Source: the human T2T-CHM13v2.0 reference genome, Homo sapiens. Taken from it: a DNA stretch of 64,000 nucleotides. Each line of letters starts with the position of its first letter. The first letter of the stretch is position 1. Positions 28,016-39,700 of the stretch are shown one piece after another. Made by a program: the position numbers and the translations under genes. The notes beneath the pieces are model-generated. The model saw only the letters and a program-made list of their open reading frames with translations, had not been told where the DNA came from and made no database searches. The stretch covers positions 18,752,001 to 18,816,000 of the forward strand of contig CP068257.2 in the NCBI GenBank assembly GCA_009914755.4, given 5' to 3'.

Positions 28016-30297
28016 AAATTGTAAAACCTCATTAAATCCCACATCTCATTTCAGTCATCTTTCCCTTTCACAGTTAAATCTCTTAAAAGACTTAAATCAG
28101 TGATTCCAGGCCTTTACCACATATTGTTTATGCTACTGCAATCTGATTTCCTGCCTCCACCACTGTATTTTGCTCTTGTCCAACAGAACAGTGCTAACTT
28201 TTCTGTAAAGGGTAACTTTTCATACCTTATCTATCCTGACTTGTCAGCATTAGTTGTATTTATTGAGGACCCTTCTTCTTAAATGATTTTTTTTTTCCAT
28301 CCTGGATGTCCACTTTTGCTTACTGGAAATTAACCATTCATCCACCCATAGAATTTGCTGTTTCTTCAGAATTCTGTCCTAGGCTTTCATCTCTTCTCAC
28401 TTGAACACTTGTGCTAGGTGATCTCCATTATTCCCATTATTTCTGTTACCATCTCTATGAGGCTGTCTTCAAAATACATCTCCAGCTCAGCCCACCTTAA
28501 TGAGCTCCAAGTCCATGTATCCACGAGGCTCCTGCAGATCCCAAAGCACCATAAATATCAACTAAGTTCTCTACATGTTTCTTCTAATTTGGTTTTGTTC
28601 GTGGTTCCTGTATTTGGCAGGGCTTCCTGGAAATGGACTTACAGATGGAAATTTGTAGCTAGAAAATTTCAGGGGAATGCTGCTGGTAGGAGAGTAGGGA
28701 GAGTGGGCTTAGAAGAAAGAGGAGCTGAATTTCAATGCAGTTGCAAAATAGGCTTTAGTTAATACCACAGTAAGCTCTAAAGCTGAAACCTTCTGAGTTG
28801 TTCCAAATTGAGGCAAAACAGTTGTGTCTTTATACCAAGGCATTCACCATTTTGCCTGACCATTGAAGGATGGTTAGGAACCTTGAAAAATGTATTTCCT
28901 TTCGGAAAGACAGATCTTTAGGAAAGCCTCAGATGAGCCAACAGCTGGCCTTAGTGAGCTAGTTGGCATCATTCCTGGTAGCTGGATGAATGAATGCCTC
29001 ATTTCCAAAGAGTGATGTTGGAGGCTCAAGAAGTATCTATTGCAGTACACAATATCCAAAACATGAATCAACCCCAGCTTGGTACAGATTCTCTAAGATT
29101 CGTATTCTCTTTCATGGAGAAACTTAGAAGAGGAAGGTTAATTGGACAGAGGAAAGTTTTACAGTGGTGTAGCAATTCTGCAGGCAACTCTTATCATGTC
29201 TGCCTAGTTTACATGACCCACACCCTCTCTTCACATCTCTGTTAGCCTAAGTGCATTAGAAGGTAGAGTGAGTCATACATGCATTCCAGAGGTGTCTGGG
29301 CTTATCCATCTTCTGCATGCATTTCTCAGGATGTGACTACTGCACTTGTCCATTTGAAATACAAGTTGGACAGGAGAGTAGCAAGAGATACCCCAATGTT
29401 TCACCTGAATATGAAATTAATTCTTCCCGGCCTCCCCTGTATAATATCACCCCTAGTTCCTCCCTTGCTAATGGTGACACTCTTCTTTGATATAGAGAGA
29501 TATAATCACTAGGTGGCAACCACAAATTAAAGTTCAGTGGTACTCTTACTATGCTTCCTGGTGAAAGCATTTCTTCTCAGGAAAGTAGAAACTTTTGACC
29601 CATGGAACCTAAAGACTTGGAGACAGGAAACATGAATTTCCCATGTTGGAAGTGACAATGGGTGAAACACTTCTATTTTCATTCTTTGATATCTGCACCT
29701 GTGTATTCTACCTACTGGGGACACAACACCATAAAATGATAATTACTTTGAAATGAATGCTGCACTATGGAACATGGAACCATGGAACCCCATCATTTAA
29801 AAGTATCACTTCCAAAAGGGTGCATCACCTGCAGCTTTAAAACATATTTCTTTGCTCTATCGGGATAGTAGTTTCTGGGTGTTATGACTTGCAATGTGAC
29901 CGGCAGATTCCATGGTCATGAGTTCCTTGTCAAAAAAGACAGTTTTAAAAAATCAAATGTGAAATTACACATCTGCAAATCTATAAATTTTATATGGCTA
30001 AAGCCCTGTGGGCAGGAAAGACAAACCCTTAGCCGGAATAGATACTGATCTCATCAAGAAGAATCACTGACCTTTCAGATTAAAAGTAGTAATACCTAAT
30101 AAATGTGCCAACAGGTTTTGGGGGTTCAACATTGATTTATTCTATTAGATATTTGAACATTAGGCTTGGGCAGTAAATAGCTATGATTTCTGCTACTATG
30201 GCTACTCTGTTATGAATTATTTAGCCAATATGCAATGACAGAGGTTTGCTGATGCCTGTCAACTATGCCATTCTGTTTACATGGTTGCTTAGTACCT

Positions 30298-30668
30298 GTA
30301 TTAGTCCATTTTCATACTGCTATAAACAACTTCCAAAGACTGGGTAATCTGTAAAGGAAAGAGGTTTAATTGACTCCCTGCAGGGCTGGGGAGACATCAG
30401 AAAACTTACGATCATGGTAAAAGGGGAAGCAAACACATCCTACTTCTCATGGCGGCAGGAAGGGAAAGAATGAGTGCTGAGCTAAGGGAGAGCACCTGAT
30501 AAAACCATCAGATCTCATGAGAACACACTCACTATCATGAGAACAGCAAGGAGGAAAACCACTCCCATGATTCAGTTACCTCCCACAAGGCCTCTCCCAT
30601 GACATGTGGGGATTATGAGAACTACAATTCAAGATGAGATTTGGGTGGGGACACAGCCAAAGTGCATT
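30298..30668 (-). mobile_element. MaLR solo LTR of THE1/MST type, antisense.
   Basis: It runs tgtattagtccattttcatactgctataaacaacttccaaagactgggtaatctgtaaagg ... ccatgattcagttacctcccacaaggcctctcccatgacatgtggggattatgagaactacaattcaagatgagatttgggtggggacacagccaaagtgcatt. Confidence 0.8.
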
Positions 30669-30673
30669 AGTGC

Positions 30674-31160
30674 CCACTCCAACTCTGAAAATTGTGTATC
30701 ATCCCAATTGGTGTTCTTATCTGAATTGCAGAATTAAAAAAAAAAACAAAAACAAAAACTCTACAGAAAGAGTGGAATTATTAGGTTGAGAACCCAACAT
30801 GTCCTGGAAATATTCTACACTTATAATTAAATTTTGTGCCTTATTTTAAAGTTTCTGCCCTTTAAGTACCAAAAATAAATATCTTTTTCAAGGCAGCCTT
30901 CTCACTTTCACAGTCACTTAAACTTTGATTAACAATGTCAGTTTCTCCTTATCTTTCTCCAACATATATTTGTAGGACTTAATAACAGCCATCTGATACC
31001 ACAGTCCTTATGACTGCCAATTCCCACCACAGCTCACAACTCTTCTGAGCTATTGCACAATTCAGTTCATTTCATTCTGTCAGTATCGCATCTGAATTCC
31101 TCAGTAATCAATTGTACAACTGTAGTGAGGGGCTATCACTACTCCATGTGCCCTCCAATT
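30674..31160 (+). repeat. Copy 1 of a roughly 485 bp high-identity local direct duplication; partner at 32279-32760.
   Basis: The run from ccactccaactctgaaa(a)ttgtgtatcatcccaat.ggtgttcttatctgaattgcagaattaaaaaaa ... through cagtcacttaaactttgattaacaatgtcagtttctccttatctttctccaa.atatatttgtaggacttaataa.agccatctgataccacagtccttatgactgccaattcccaccacagctcacaactcttctgagctattgcacaattcagttcatttcatt recurs downstream with roughly 15 differences (about 97%). It begins immediately after the THE1 LTR at 30298-30668. Confidence 0.9.
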
Positions 31161-32278
31161 TTGAATTCTCTCTGTCTCGGTAGTTTAATGGATCCAATGA
31201 ACATGAGTCAGCTTTAGAAACAGTGCTCCATGTTTTATTATTCAATGCATGGTGATGCCCATGCATCAGTGACAACTTCAATAGTTTTTGAAATGTCTGA
31301 GTACTCTAATTTTTCTACTGTATGATTGCCGTGTAATTGGCATTAGGTGCATTTTGGGGAGAATTATTGCGACAACATTTTTTTTTCAAGAGGGCCTCTA
31401 CTTCAATCAAAATTTCCAAGTCTGAGTACTGGCTCAGCTCCAGAAACTGAGCAAGTGATGATGAATTTTATTGTATCATCTGCACTTACCTCCTGATCAT
31501 TCACCTTTAGTGTATGTACATGTTTATCCTATACATTGAGAAATACTCTCATTGGCTACCCATCTCCCGTCCTCTCAGAACATTATGTTCTAATCATTAT
31601 TTCCATAACCCTCTGCAGTTGAGAATTTCTGTCTCGACGTTGTTTATTGCTTAATTGTACTCCTGCTTTTTCCTGTATTTAAACATAGCCAGCTGGTCCC
31701 TATTATTTTGAGATCCAATTATTCCCATTGTTTCCTGTTGTTTTTAAGAAGACCAATTCTATAACGAAATCCCTTATTGTCAGTCATGTCCTAGAGAGGA
31801 CAGCCATCATTGAGCTTTGCAGCAATGCTGTTGTCCCTAATAATAGAGTGTCTTCTGAGTTCTTATGTAAAACATCATCAGCTGGTGAGTTTTCTGATCT
31901 TATGTCACATGTCTACTCTACAATGATCATTTTCTAACAAGATATTTCTGCTCCCCTTTTGACACAGCCCTGACAGAATCCAGTCCCTAGATACTCTGCT
32001 GGCTTTTCCTAGTATATGCTGACTAGGCCCCTTTCTTCCATTAGCAGGACCAGAACTAATTTTACTTAACCCTCATTAATAATCTGATGACCAAGAAAAG
32101 AAGAATGGATAGATCTCTAAAAAGTGGTGGGCTCTATTATCAAGGAGGAGGTATGTAATTATGCTACATAAGGGGTAAGATTCAGACTTATATGAAAAGA
32201 ATGAGGCACTTCTTCAGGCCCAGGGAGTTCTGGAGATCTGGGGTTTTGTTGTTGTCAAGGACATTGACTCAGAAGTTC

Positions 32279-32760
32279 CCCACTCCAACTCTGAAATTGT
32301 GTATCATCCCAATCGGTGTTCTTATCTGAATTGCAGAATTAAAAAAAAAAAAAAACCCTACAGAAAGAGCGGAATTATTAGGTTGAGAACCCAACATGTC
32401 CTGGAAATATTCCACACTTATAATTAAATTTTGTGCCTTATTTTAAAGTTTCTGCCCTTTAAGTACCAAAGATAAATATCTTTTTCAAGGCAGCCTTCTC
32501 ACTTTCACAGTCACTTAAACTTTGATTAACAATGTCAGTTTCTCCTTATCTTTCTCCAATATATATTTGTAGGACTTAATAATAGCCATCTGATACCACA
32601 GTCCTTATGACTGCCAATTCCCACCACAGCTCACAACTCTTCTGAGCTATTGCACAATTCAGTTCATTTCATTCCGTCGGTATCACATCTGAATTCCTCA
32701 GTAGTCAATTGTAGTACAGCTGTAGTGAGGGGCTATCACTACTCCATGTGCCTCCAATTC
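32279..32760 (+). repeat. Copy 2 of the roughly 485 bp high-identity local direct duplication; partner at 30674-31160.
   Basis: See copy 1. The copies are 1.6 kb apart in the same orientation. The sequence between them and downstream of copy 2 is not duplicated. Confidence 0.9.
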
Positions 32761-33303
32761 TCTGGTCCTCATGGCCCATCAGCCAGCAAGTAAGTGATCC
32801 AGTTTCAAAAATTACCTCTTTAAAGATCATCTCCCAATACAGTCACAGTCTGAGGTCTTAGGACTTCAACATATAAATTTTGGTGAAATACATTACTTCT
32901 CCAAATGTGGCTCACTCAAATGTAGGCTTATCTATATATTATTTCCTGGGTTTAACTCTCCCAGTCTTTCAGGTTTGGAATGGAATTCCATTCTCACTTT
33001 CCTTATATTTGTAAAATTGAATTAAATGGCTTTCAATTGAATTCCCACTGCATTCTTACCATTCATGCCGTAAAACTTTTCAGATGTTATTTAATTATTT
33101 TCATACTCATTTACTTCCCTGTTATACTGTAAATTCCAAAGGGAAAGAACTGTTATCTTATTTACTATCAAAGCCTCAGGACCTAACACAGTACCTAACA
33201 TCTATTAGAATCACCATAAATAATTTGATCATATCTTTTTATTGCATTATTAATGACTTGAAGGCAGAGTGTGTGCATTGTTCAACATTGAATCGCAAAT
33301 ACT

Positions 33304-33662
33304 GTGTTAGCCAATTTTCATAATGCTATGAAGAAATACCCAAGACTGAGTAATTTATAAGAAAAATAGGTTAATGAACTCAAAGTTCCACATGGCTAGG
33401 GAGGCTCACAGTCATGGCAGAAAGCAAAGGAGGAGCAAAGGCACATCTTGCATGGTGGCAGGCAAGAGAGTGTGTGCAGGGGAACTGCCCTTTGTAAAAC
33501 CATTAGATCTCAGAGATTTATTTACTCTCATGACAACAGGATGGGAAAATCTCCTCCCATGATTCAGTTATCTCCCACCAGATACCTCCCATGATACGTG
33601 GGGATTATGGGAGCTACAATTAAAAATGAGATTTGATTGGTGACACAACCAAACCATATCAC
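33304..33662 (-). mobile_element. MaLR solo LTR (THE1/MST type, more diverged), antisense.
   Basis: It runs gccaattttcataatgctatgaagaaatacccaagactgagtaatttataag ... ccatgattcagttatctcccaccagatacctcccatgatacgtggggattatgggagctacaattaaaaatgagatttgattggtgacacaaccaaaccatatca. Confidence 0.75.
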
Positions 33663-34156
33663 ATAGCATCCAAAACAATTCCTATTTACCCAATGGTAAG
33701 TATATAACAATTGTTTATTCAGATTTACTTAACTGATTGCTTAAAATATTTTGTCAATTTATGGAACATCTACAGAAATTTGATTGCTTCAGGGATATAG
33801 TCATTAATTCACTTTACTTGTGTACTTTTTTATAAGTTCTGATTATGCTTAATTTTGTTTTCAAAAATGGGTCTTAAATGCTAGGTGTGTGAAAGAGTTG
33901 AATTTCATAAAACATTTCTCAGTGTCAATCTTTTAATATTAATTATTTTCCTCAAACTAGTGTAATAAACCTTAATAAACTATTTGTATAAGGAACTTTT
34001 TTTCATTAAATTTTACTGAGTTTAAAAAAGCACTTTAAAGGATTTTTTTGAAAGAGTAACATAGTACACCTAAAAAGTTATTTATAATACAATAAAATAA
34101 GATATCCAGGAAAGCTGGAAGAAAGGAAGTAACTGGAAATATGGGAACAAATATCT

Positions 34157-35490
34157 TTGAGCATCATTTTTTTTTTAACCTCTGAACTTTTTATTGGCCT
34201 CCTGCTCCCCAAAGGTACTCTGCTTCTGCTGGCTTAATGTCTGAGAACTTCGGTGTCATTGGTCCCAGACACCACTTTGCCATCCACTGTCTGGCAGGTG
34301 GCAGTCTTTTGGATGGTTTGCATAGAGTTGCTGCTGTCCAGGGCATTACCAAGATTGAAGTCCTCACCATCTTCCAGCAGGGGGTGGTAGGTGGCGATCT
34401 CAGCCTCCAGCTTGACCTTATGTTCAGCAGCGCCTCCTACTCCTGGGCCTGGTGCTGCCCCTCTGCCCAGGTCTGTGGCAACTCGGACTCCAGGTGCATC
34501 AGGGTCCCATTGGGCTGCTCCATTTGCAGGGCATAGCTGGCCTCCACCTCCTTCAGGCTGTTCTCCAAGCTGGCCTTCAGATTTCTCATCGAGTACAGGT
34601 CGATCTCCAAGGACTGAACTGTATGTCTCATCCCCATGAGTATCATCTCAGCAGCTCCAACCTCGATGAACTGTGTGGTGACCACTGTGGTACTCTCCTC
34701 AATCAGCCGAGACTAGTATTTGTCCAGCTCCTCTCGGTTTTTCCGAGCCAGCTCATCGTATTGGGCCTGGATGTCTGCCATGATCTTGGTGAGGTCCTGC
34801 AATTTGAGGGCATCTACTTCCACGGTCAACCCAGAGCTGGCAATCTGGGCTTGTAGGCCTTTTACTTCCACTTCGTGGTTCTTCTTCATGAAGAGCAGCT
34901 CCTCCTTGAGAGCTTCCATCTCTGTCTCCAGCTGCAGTTGAGTGACATTGGTGTCATCAGCGATCTTGTGGAGCCCATGGATGTTGCTCTCCACAGACTG
35001 GTGCATGGCCAGCTCTGACTCATACGTGACTCTAAAGTCATTAGCAGCAATACGGGCATTGTCGATCTGCAGAACGATGCAGGAACTATCCACAGTATTT
35101 GCGAAGATATGAGCACTCAGGTCCTCGATGGTCTTGAAGTAATGGTCCCAGTCTCTGACCTGGGGTCCCTTCTTCTCCAGGGGCTCCCGGATTTTGCTCT
35201 CCAGCTTCCAGTTCTCCGTCTCCAGGCTCCTCACTCTGTCCAGGTAGGAGGCCAGCCAGTTGTTCAGGCTTTGCATCGTCTCCGCATTCTGGATGCCTCC
35301 CATTCCAGCCAGAACCCCGGCCATTCAGGCAGCCAGGACCCCGGACCCCAAACCGACCCGGAAGCTGGTGGAGCAGGACACCAAGATCCGGGAACCAGAG
35401 ACTCGGTGCCTGCGTAGATGGTGGAGAAGGTGGAGCGAGTGGTGAAGCTCATGCTGTCTGGGAGGAGAGAGAGAGGAGAGGACTCAGGCT
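34157..35490 (-). pseudogene. Processed (retrotransposed) pseudogene of keratin 18 (KRT18). It is intronless and polyadenylated, and is disabled by stops, frameshifts and a head-domain deletion.
   Basis: Minus-strand ORF 35264-35452 begins MSFTTRSTFST, the KRT18 N-terminus. ORF 34713-35324 (203 aa) reads ...GMGGIQN..TMQSLN..LASYLDRVRSLETEN..LESKIRE.LEKKGPQVRDW.HYFK.IEDL...IFANTVD...IVLQIDNAR.AA.DFRV.YE.ELAM.QSVE..IHGL.K..DDTN.T.LQLETE.EALKEELLFMKKNHE.EVKGLQAQIASSGLTVEVDA.K.QDL.KIMADI.AQYDELARKNREELDKY, which is collinear with the KRT18 rod domain. Reading on, a TAG replaces the Trp codon after DKY, and a second in-frame TAG and a 1 bp deletion lie near ...AQEY/NIKVK. The C-terminus ...VDGKVVSGTNDTEVLRH-stop is followed by a 3'UTR with AATAAA (reverse complement of 34172-34190) and a poly-A tail (poly-T at 34157-34166). 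There are no introns across about 1.3 kb. Compared with KRT18 as I recall it, the head domain lacks about 24 codons after STFST. Confidence 0.9.
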
Positions 35491-36000
35491 TTTTTGAGCA
35501 TCATTCTAAGAAATTAATCACAGAAATTAAAAAGTAGGAAGAATTTAAATAAAAACCTAAATTAATATGCTAATTTTAGACATGAATGTATGAATTAGAA
35601 AAATGTAAATATTTTCTCCTCTGAGCCACAGGTTTCATAACAGCAGCAAATCATACCCTCATATGTTTTCTATAACCCTATGTTCTCAAACAAAATAAAT
35701 CTTGTTTTAAATACTTGAACCCCATATGTATTTATAAGACAATGCAAATCCATATCACCTTTTAGAAAATAGTTTGTTCAAAGCCTCATATTGAACACTT
35801 CTTGACAGGTAAAAATCCTGTAAAAATGAGATTTAAAACAAAGTGCAATAGATACTCCATTGGAAAGACATAAATGACATGGTGTAAAGGGAAAAGGTTA
35901 GTAAAATAATTCCTATTAACTCTCAGAAGTTTTATCTTTATTTTTAAAACACAGAGTATGAGCATCTAGATTAACGTAAGTAAAAAAAAAAAAACAAAAA

Positions 36001-36215
36001 GCATAGCAAATGGTTGCTTAATAGAGTCTATTGACAAAAAGAAAAGATGCATGGAATGTCAATTATTAATAATAATAGAAGATATATATGCATAGCAATA
36101 TAATATTGCAATTGCATAGCAAATGGTTGTTTAATAGAGTCTATTGACAAAAATAAAAGGTGCATGGAATGTCAATTATTAATAATAATAGAAGATATAT
36201 TATATTGCATTGTTT
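36001..36215 (+). repeat. Two-copy tandem duplication with a period of about 114 bp.
   Basis: The unit gcatagcaaatggttg.ttaatagagtctattgacaaaaa.aaaag.tgcatggaatgtcaattattaataataatagaagatatat occurs twice head-to-tail. Confidence 0.9.
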
Positions 36216-36639
36216 TTAATCCTTTACCAATTTTATGGTACTTCTGACATAATGATCTCCTATTTGAGTCACAGTCTAATGAGGCAAATGGGCCAATTAA
36301 TATAACCATTTTTATACATTTAGACTCAAGCTCAGAGCTTTTGTGATTTGTCCAAATTTACCCAGGTAAACTGCCTCTAGTCAAAGTCACCAATGAATTC
36401 TGCATTGCTAAACCGTTGGTTAGTTCTCCATCCCAGTCTCACTTGACCTAGAAGAAGTATTTACCACAACTCATTATTACTCCCATATCTTTGACGCACC
36501 ACTTTTATCAGCCTAGACAGCACTTACTTTTCATTTTATTCCTTCCCCACTAGCTGCTACCCCTTCTCATTCTTTTGGTTGCTTTTTCCTCTCTTTCTGA
36601 CTTCTTAATATCAAATGCCCCTGACTTAGTCTGTTTTGT

Positions 36640-37045
36640 GTTGCTAAAAGGGATATAGGGGCTGAGTAATTTATTAAGAAAAAAAAATGTTGTTTATTTG
36701 GCTTGCAATTGTGATGTCTGAAAAAGTTAAAGATTGGGCATCTGGTAAGCGCATCAGGCTGCTTCCACTTATGGCAAAAAGAGAAGGGGAGCCAGCATGT
36801 GCAGAGATCACATGTGGAGAGAGGAAGCAAGAGAGAGACGCAAATGCTGCCAGAACTTTTTAACAACCTGTTTTCCTGGGAACTAATAGAGTGAGAACTC
36901 ACCCTTAAGGAAGGGCATTAATTTATTCATGAGGGATCTGCCCCCATGACCCAAATACCTCCCACTAAGCCCCACCTACCAACACCAACACGTTGGGCTT
37001 AAATTTCAACATGGAGTTTGTAGGGAACAAACATCTAAACTATAG
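36640..37045 (-). mobile_element. Probable MaLR-class solo LTR (MLT1/MST-like, more divergent), antisense.
   Basis: The start (tagtctgttttgtgttgctaaaagggatataggggctgagtaatttattaag) and end (cattaatttattcatgagggatctgcccccatgacccaaatacctcccactaagccccacctaccaacaccaacacgttgggcttaaatttcaacatggagtttgtagggaacaaacatctaaactatagca) parallel the corresponding positions of antisense THE1/MST LTRs, so this is a related but different family. Confidence 0.45.
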
Positions 37046-38130
37046 CAGCCCCCTTTGCTTCCTCTGACATACTCACTCCCTTATTGATTTCATTCTGCTT
37101 CCTCACTAAAAGTACCAATCATATCGCTCTAAAATGTACCTCTCTAACTGAATTTTCCTCTTATACTCTGGATTTATATATTTGACTACCTATACAATAT
37201 ATCCATCTGGGTATCCTATAGACATCTCAGGTTACACATGCCCAGACCTGAATTCCTGATTGCCTTCCCAAGATCTTTTGTACCTGTTTGCTTTGTCATC
37301 ACTATAGATGGGTAATCTACCTTTTAATCAGGCAGCAGATCCTATGAGACGAGGGGTGAGATTTGATCATTGGCTTTAGTAATGTACAAGTCATTGCTGA
37401 ATTTGACAAGAGGTAATTTACTTATGCAAATGCATGAGTTACAATATCACTAAACTTCTGTTAGAGAATATATAAAAATATTTTAAAGTACTGCTAAACC
37501 TTGTTACTTCCACTCCTCACACCCTGGTCAAAGCCACATCATCTCTCACCTGGATTATTGCAGTAAACTCTCTCTTATTAATTTAGTATTCTGCTTCTAC
37601 ATTTGTTGATCCTCCACCTAGGCTATAGATGCTCCTCAATTTACAATGGGGTTGTGTCCCAATATGCATATTGTAAGGTGAAAATCTCATAAATTAAAAA
37701 AAAACACGTTTAACACACTTAGCCTATGAAACATCATAGCTTAGCCTAGTCTACCTTAAATGTGCTCAAAATGCTTACATTACCAGTTAGGCAAAATCAT
37801 CTAACACAAAGTCTATTTTAAAATAAAATGTTAACTATCTCATGTAATTTATTGAACACTAAACTGAAAGTGAAAAACGGAATCGTTGTATAAGTACTCA
37901 CCATTAATGTACAGAGTTGAAAGCATGTTGGGCCTGAAGAACATCTGAGGTATTGAATTAAAATTAATTGCAGGTTGCAGAGGATGCTACAGTGACAGGA
38001 TCATCAATCTCTGTCTCTTCTGATGAGGCTCAAGAATAGCATGCAGAGGCACTGGAACATCCACACTTGTGGATGGTTTAACAGGAATAGTGTTCTTCAA
38101 AATTATTTTAAGTATTGGTTGTTTACCCTT

Positions 38131-38535
38131 GTATTAGTCCATTTTCATGCTGCTGATAAAGACATACCTGAGACTGGGCAATTTACAAAAGAAAGTTTAA
38201 TTGGATTTACAGTTCCACGTGGCTGGGGAACCTTCACAATCATGGTGGAAGGCAAGGAAGAGCAAGTCCCACCTTACATGGACGACAGCAGGCAAAGAGA
38301 GAATGAAGAAGATGCAAAAGTGGAAACCCCTGATAAAACCATCAGATCTCATGAGACTTATTCATGACCATGAGAACAGTATGGGGGACCACCCGCCCCC
38401 CATGCCATGATTCAATTATCTCCCAGTAGGTCCCTCCCATATCTCCCAGCAGGTCCCTCCCACAACACCTGGGAATTATGGGAGTACAATTCAAGATGAG
38501 ATTTGGGTGGGGACACAGCCAAACCATATCATTAT
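38131..38535 (-). mobile_element. THE1/MST-type MaLR LTR, antisense; part of a rearranged MaLR element.
   Basis: It runs tgtattagtccattttcatgctgctgataaagacatacctgagactgggcaatttacaaaag ... gggaattatgggagtacaattcaagatgagatttgggtggggacacagccaaaccatatca. It contains an unusual insert, gaatgaagaagatgcaaaagtggaaaccc, that is shared with the partial LTR at 38885-39136. Confidence 0.8.
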
Positions 38536-38884
38536 GTCCCTGGCCCCTGCCAAATTTCATGTCCTCACATTTTAAACCAATCATGCTATTCAAACAGTCC
38601 CCCAAAGTCTTAGCTCATTTCAGCATTAACTCAAAAGTCCACAGTCCAAAGTCTCATATGAGACAAGGCAAGTCCCTTCAACCTATGAGCCTTTAAAATC
38701 AAAAGCAAGCTAGTTATTTCCTAGATAAAATGAGGGTACAGACATTGGGTAAATACAACCATTTCAAATGGGAGAAATTGGCCATAACAAAGAGGCTACA
38801 GGGCCCATGCAAATCCGAAATCCAGCAGGGCAGTCAAGTTTTAAAACTCCAGAATGACCAGAGAGAAATAACCAGTGCAAAAAT
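38536..38884 (-). mobile_element. MaLR internal sequence (3' end of the internal region), antisense, contiguous with the LTR at 38131-38535.
   Basis: The sequence gtccctggcccctgccaaatttcatgtcctcacattttaaaccaatcatgctattcaaacagtcccccaaagtcttagctcatttcagcattaactcaaaagtccacagtccaaagtctcat ... matches my recollection of the MaLR internal sequence adjacent to the LTR. Confidence 0.6.
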
Positions 38885-39136
38885 CCTGTTCTCATGGTCG
38901 TGAGTAAGTCTTATAAGATCTCATGGTTTTATTAGTGGTTTCCACTTTTGCATCTTCCTCATTCTGTCTTTGCCTGCTGCCATCTCTGTAAGATGGAAAT
39001 CGCTCCTCCCTGTCTTGTGCAATGATTGCAAGGCTTCCCCAGCCTTGGAACTGTTAAGTCCAGTTAAACCTCTTTATTTTGTAAATTGCGCAGTCTTGGG
39101 TACGTCTTTATCAGCAGCATAAAAATGGACTAATAC
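38885..39136 (+). mobile_element. Partial THE1/MST-type LTR (3' two-thirds), sense orientation, inverted relative to the copy at 38131-38535.
   Basis: The sequence cctgttctcatggtcgtgagtaagtcttataagatctcatggttttat ... ttccacttttgcatcttcctcattctgtctttgcctgctgccatc ... gtctttatcagcagcataaaaatggactaatacaa is the reverse complement of the corresponding part of the antisense copy. It carries the same aagatgcaaaagtggaa insertion. Confidence 0.75.
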
Positions 39137-39700
39137 AATTAATTCATGTCGGGAGTGGCGCACTGCTGAGAAGATACCCAAAAATGTGGAAGCGACTTTG
39201 GAACTGGGTAACAGGCAGAGGTTGGAATGGTTTGGAGGATTCAGAAGACAGGAAAATGTGTGAAAGTTTGGAACTTCCTAGAGACTTGTTGAATGGCTTT
39301 GCCCAAAATACTGATAGCGATATGGACTATAAGGTTCAGGTAGAGGTGGTCTCAGATGGAGATGAGGAACTTGTTGGGAACTGGAACTAAGGTGACTCTT
39401 GTTATGTTTTAGCAAAGAGACTAGCGGCATTTTGCCCCTGACCTAGAGATCTATGCAGGGTCTCTAGGGAGAGAGACGCTAGAGGGTCTCTTGAACTTGA
39501 GGGAGATGATTTAGGGTGTCTGGTGGAAGAAATTTCTAAGCAACAAAGCATTCAAGCAGTGACTTTGGTGCTGTTAAAAGCATTGAGTTTTAGAAGGGAA
39601 ACAGAGAATAAAAGTTTGAAAAATTTACAGCCTGACAATGGCTCCAGAAAATTTATTGTTTTAATTTTTAACTTTTTTGACCATCACAAATAGGACTTTT
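39137..39700 (+). mobile_element. Putative MaLR internal sequence (5' part), sense, continuing from the LTR at 38885-39136.
   Basis: It lies directly 3' of the LTR terminus ...ctaatacaa. ORF 39184-39390 (MWKRLWNWVTGRGWNGLEDSEDRKM...) resembles what I recall of MaLR internal regions. The assignment is tentative. Confidence 0.35.
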
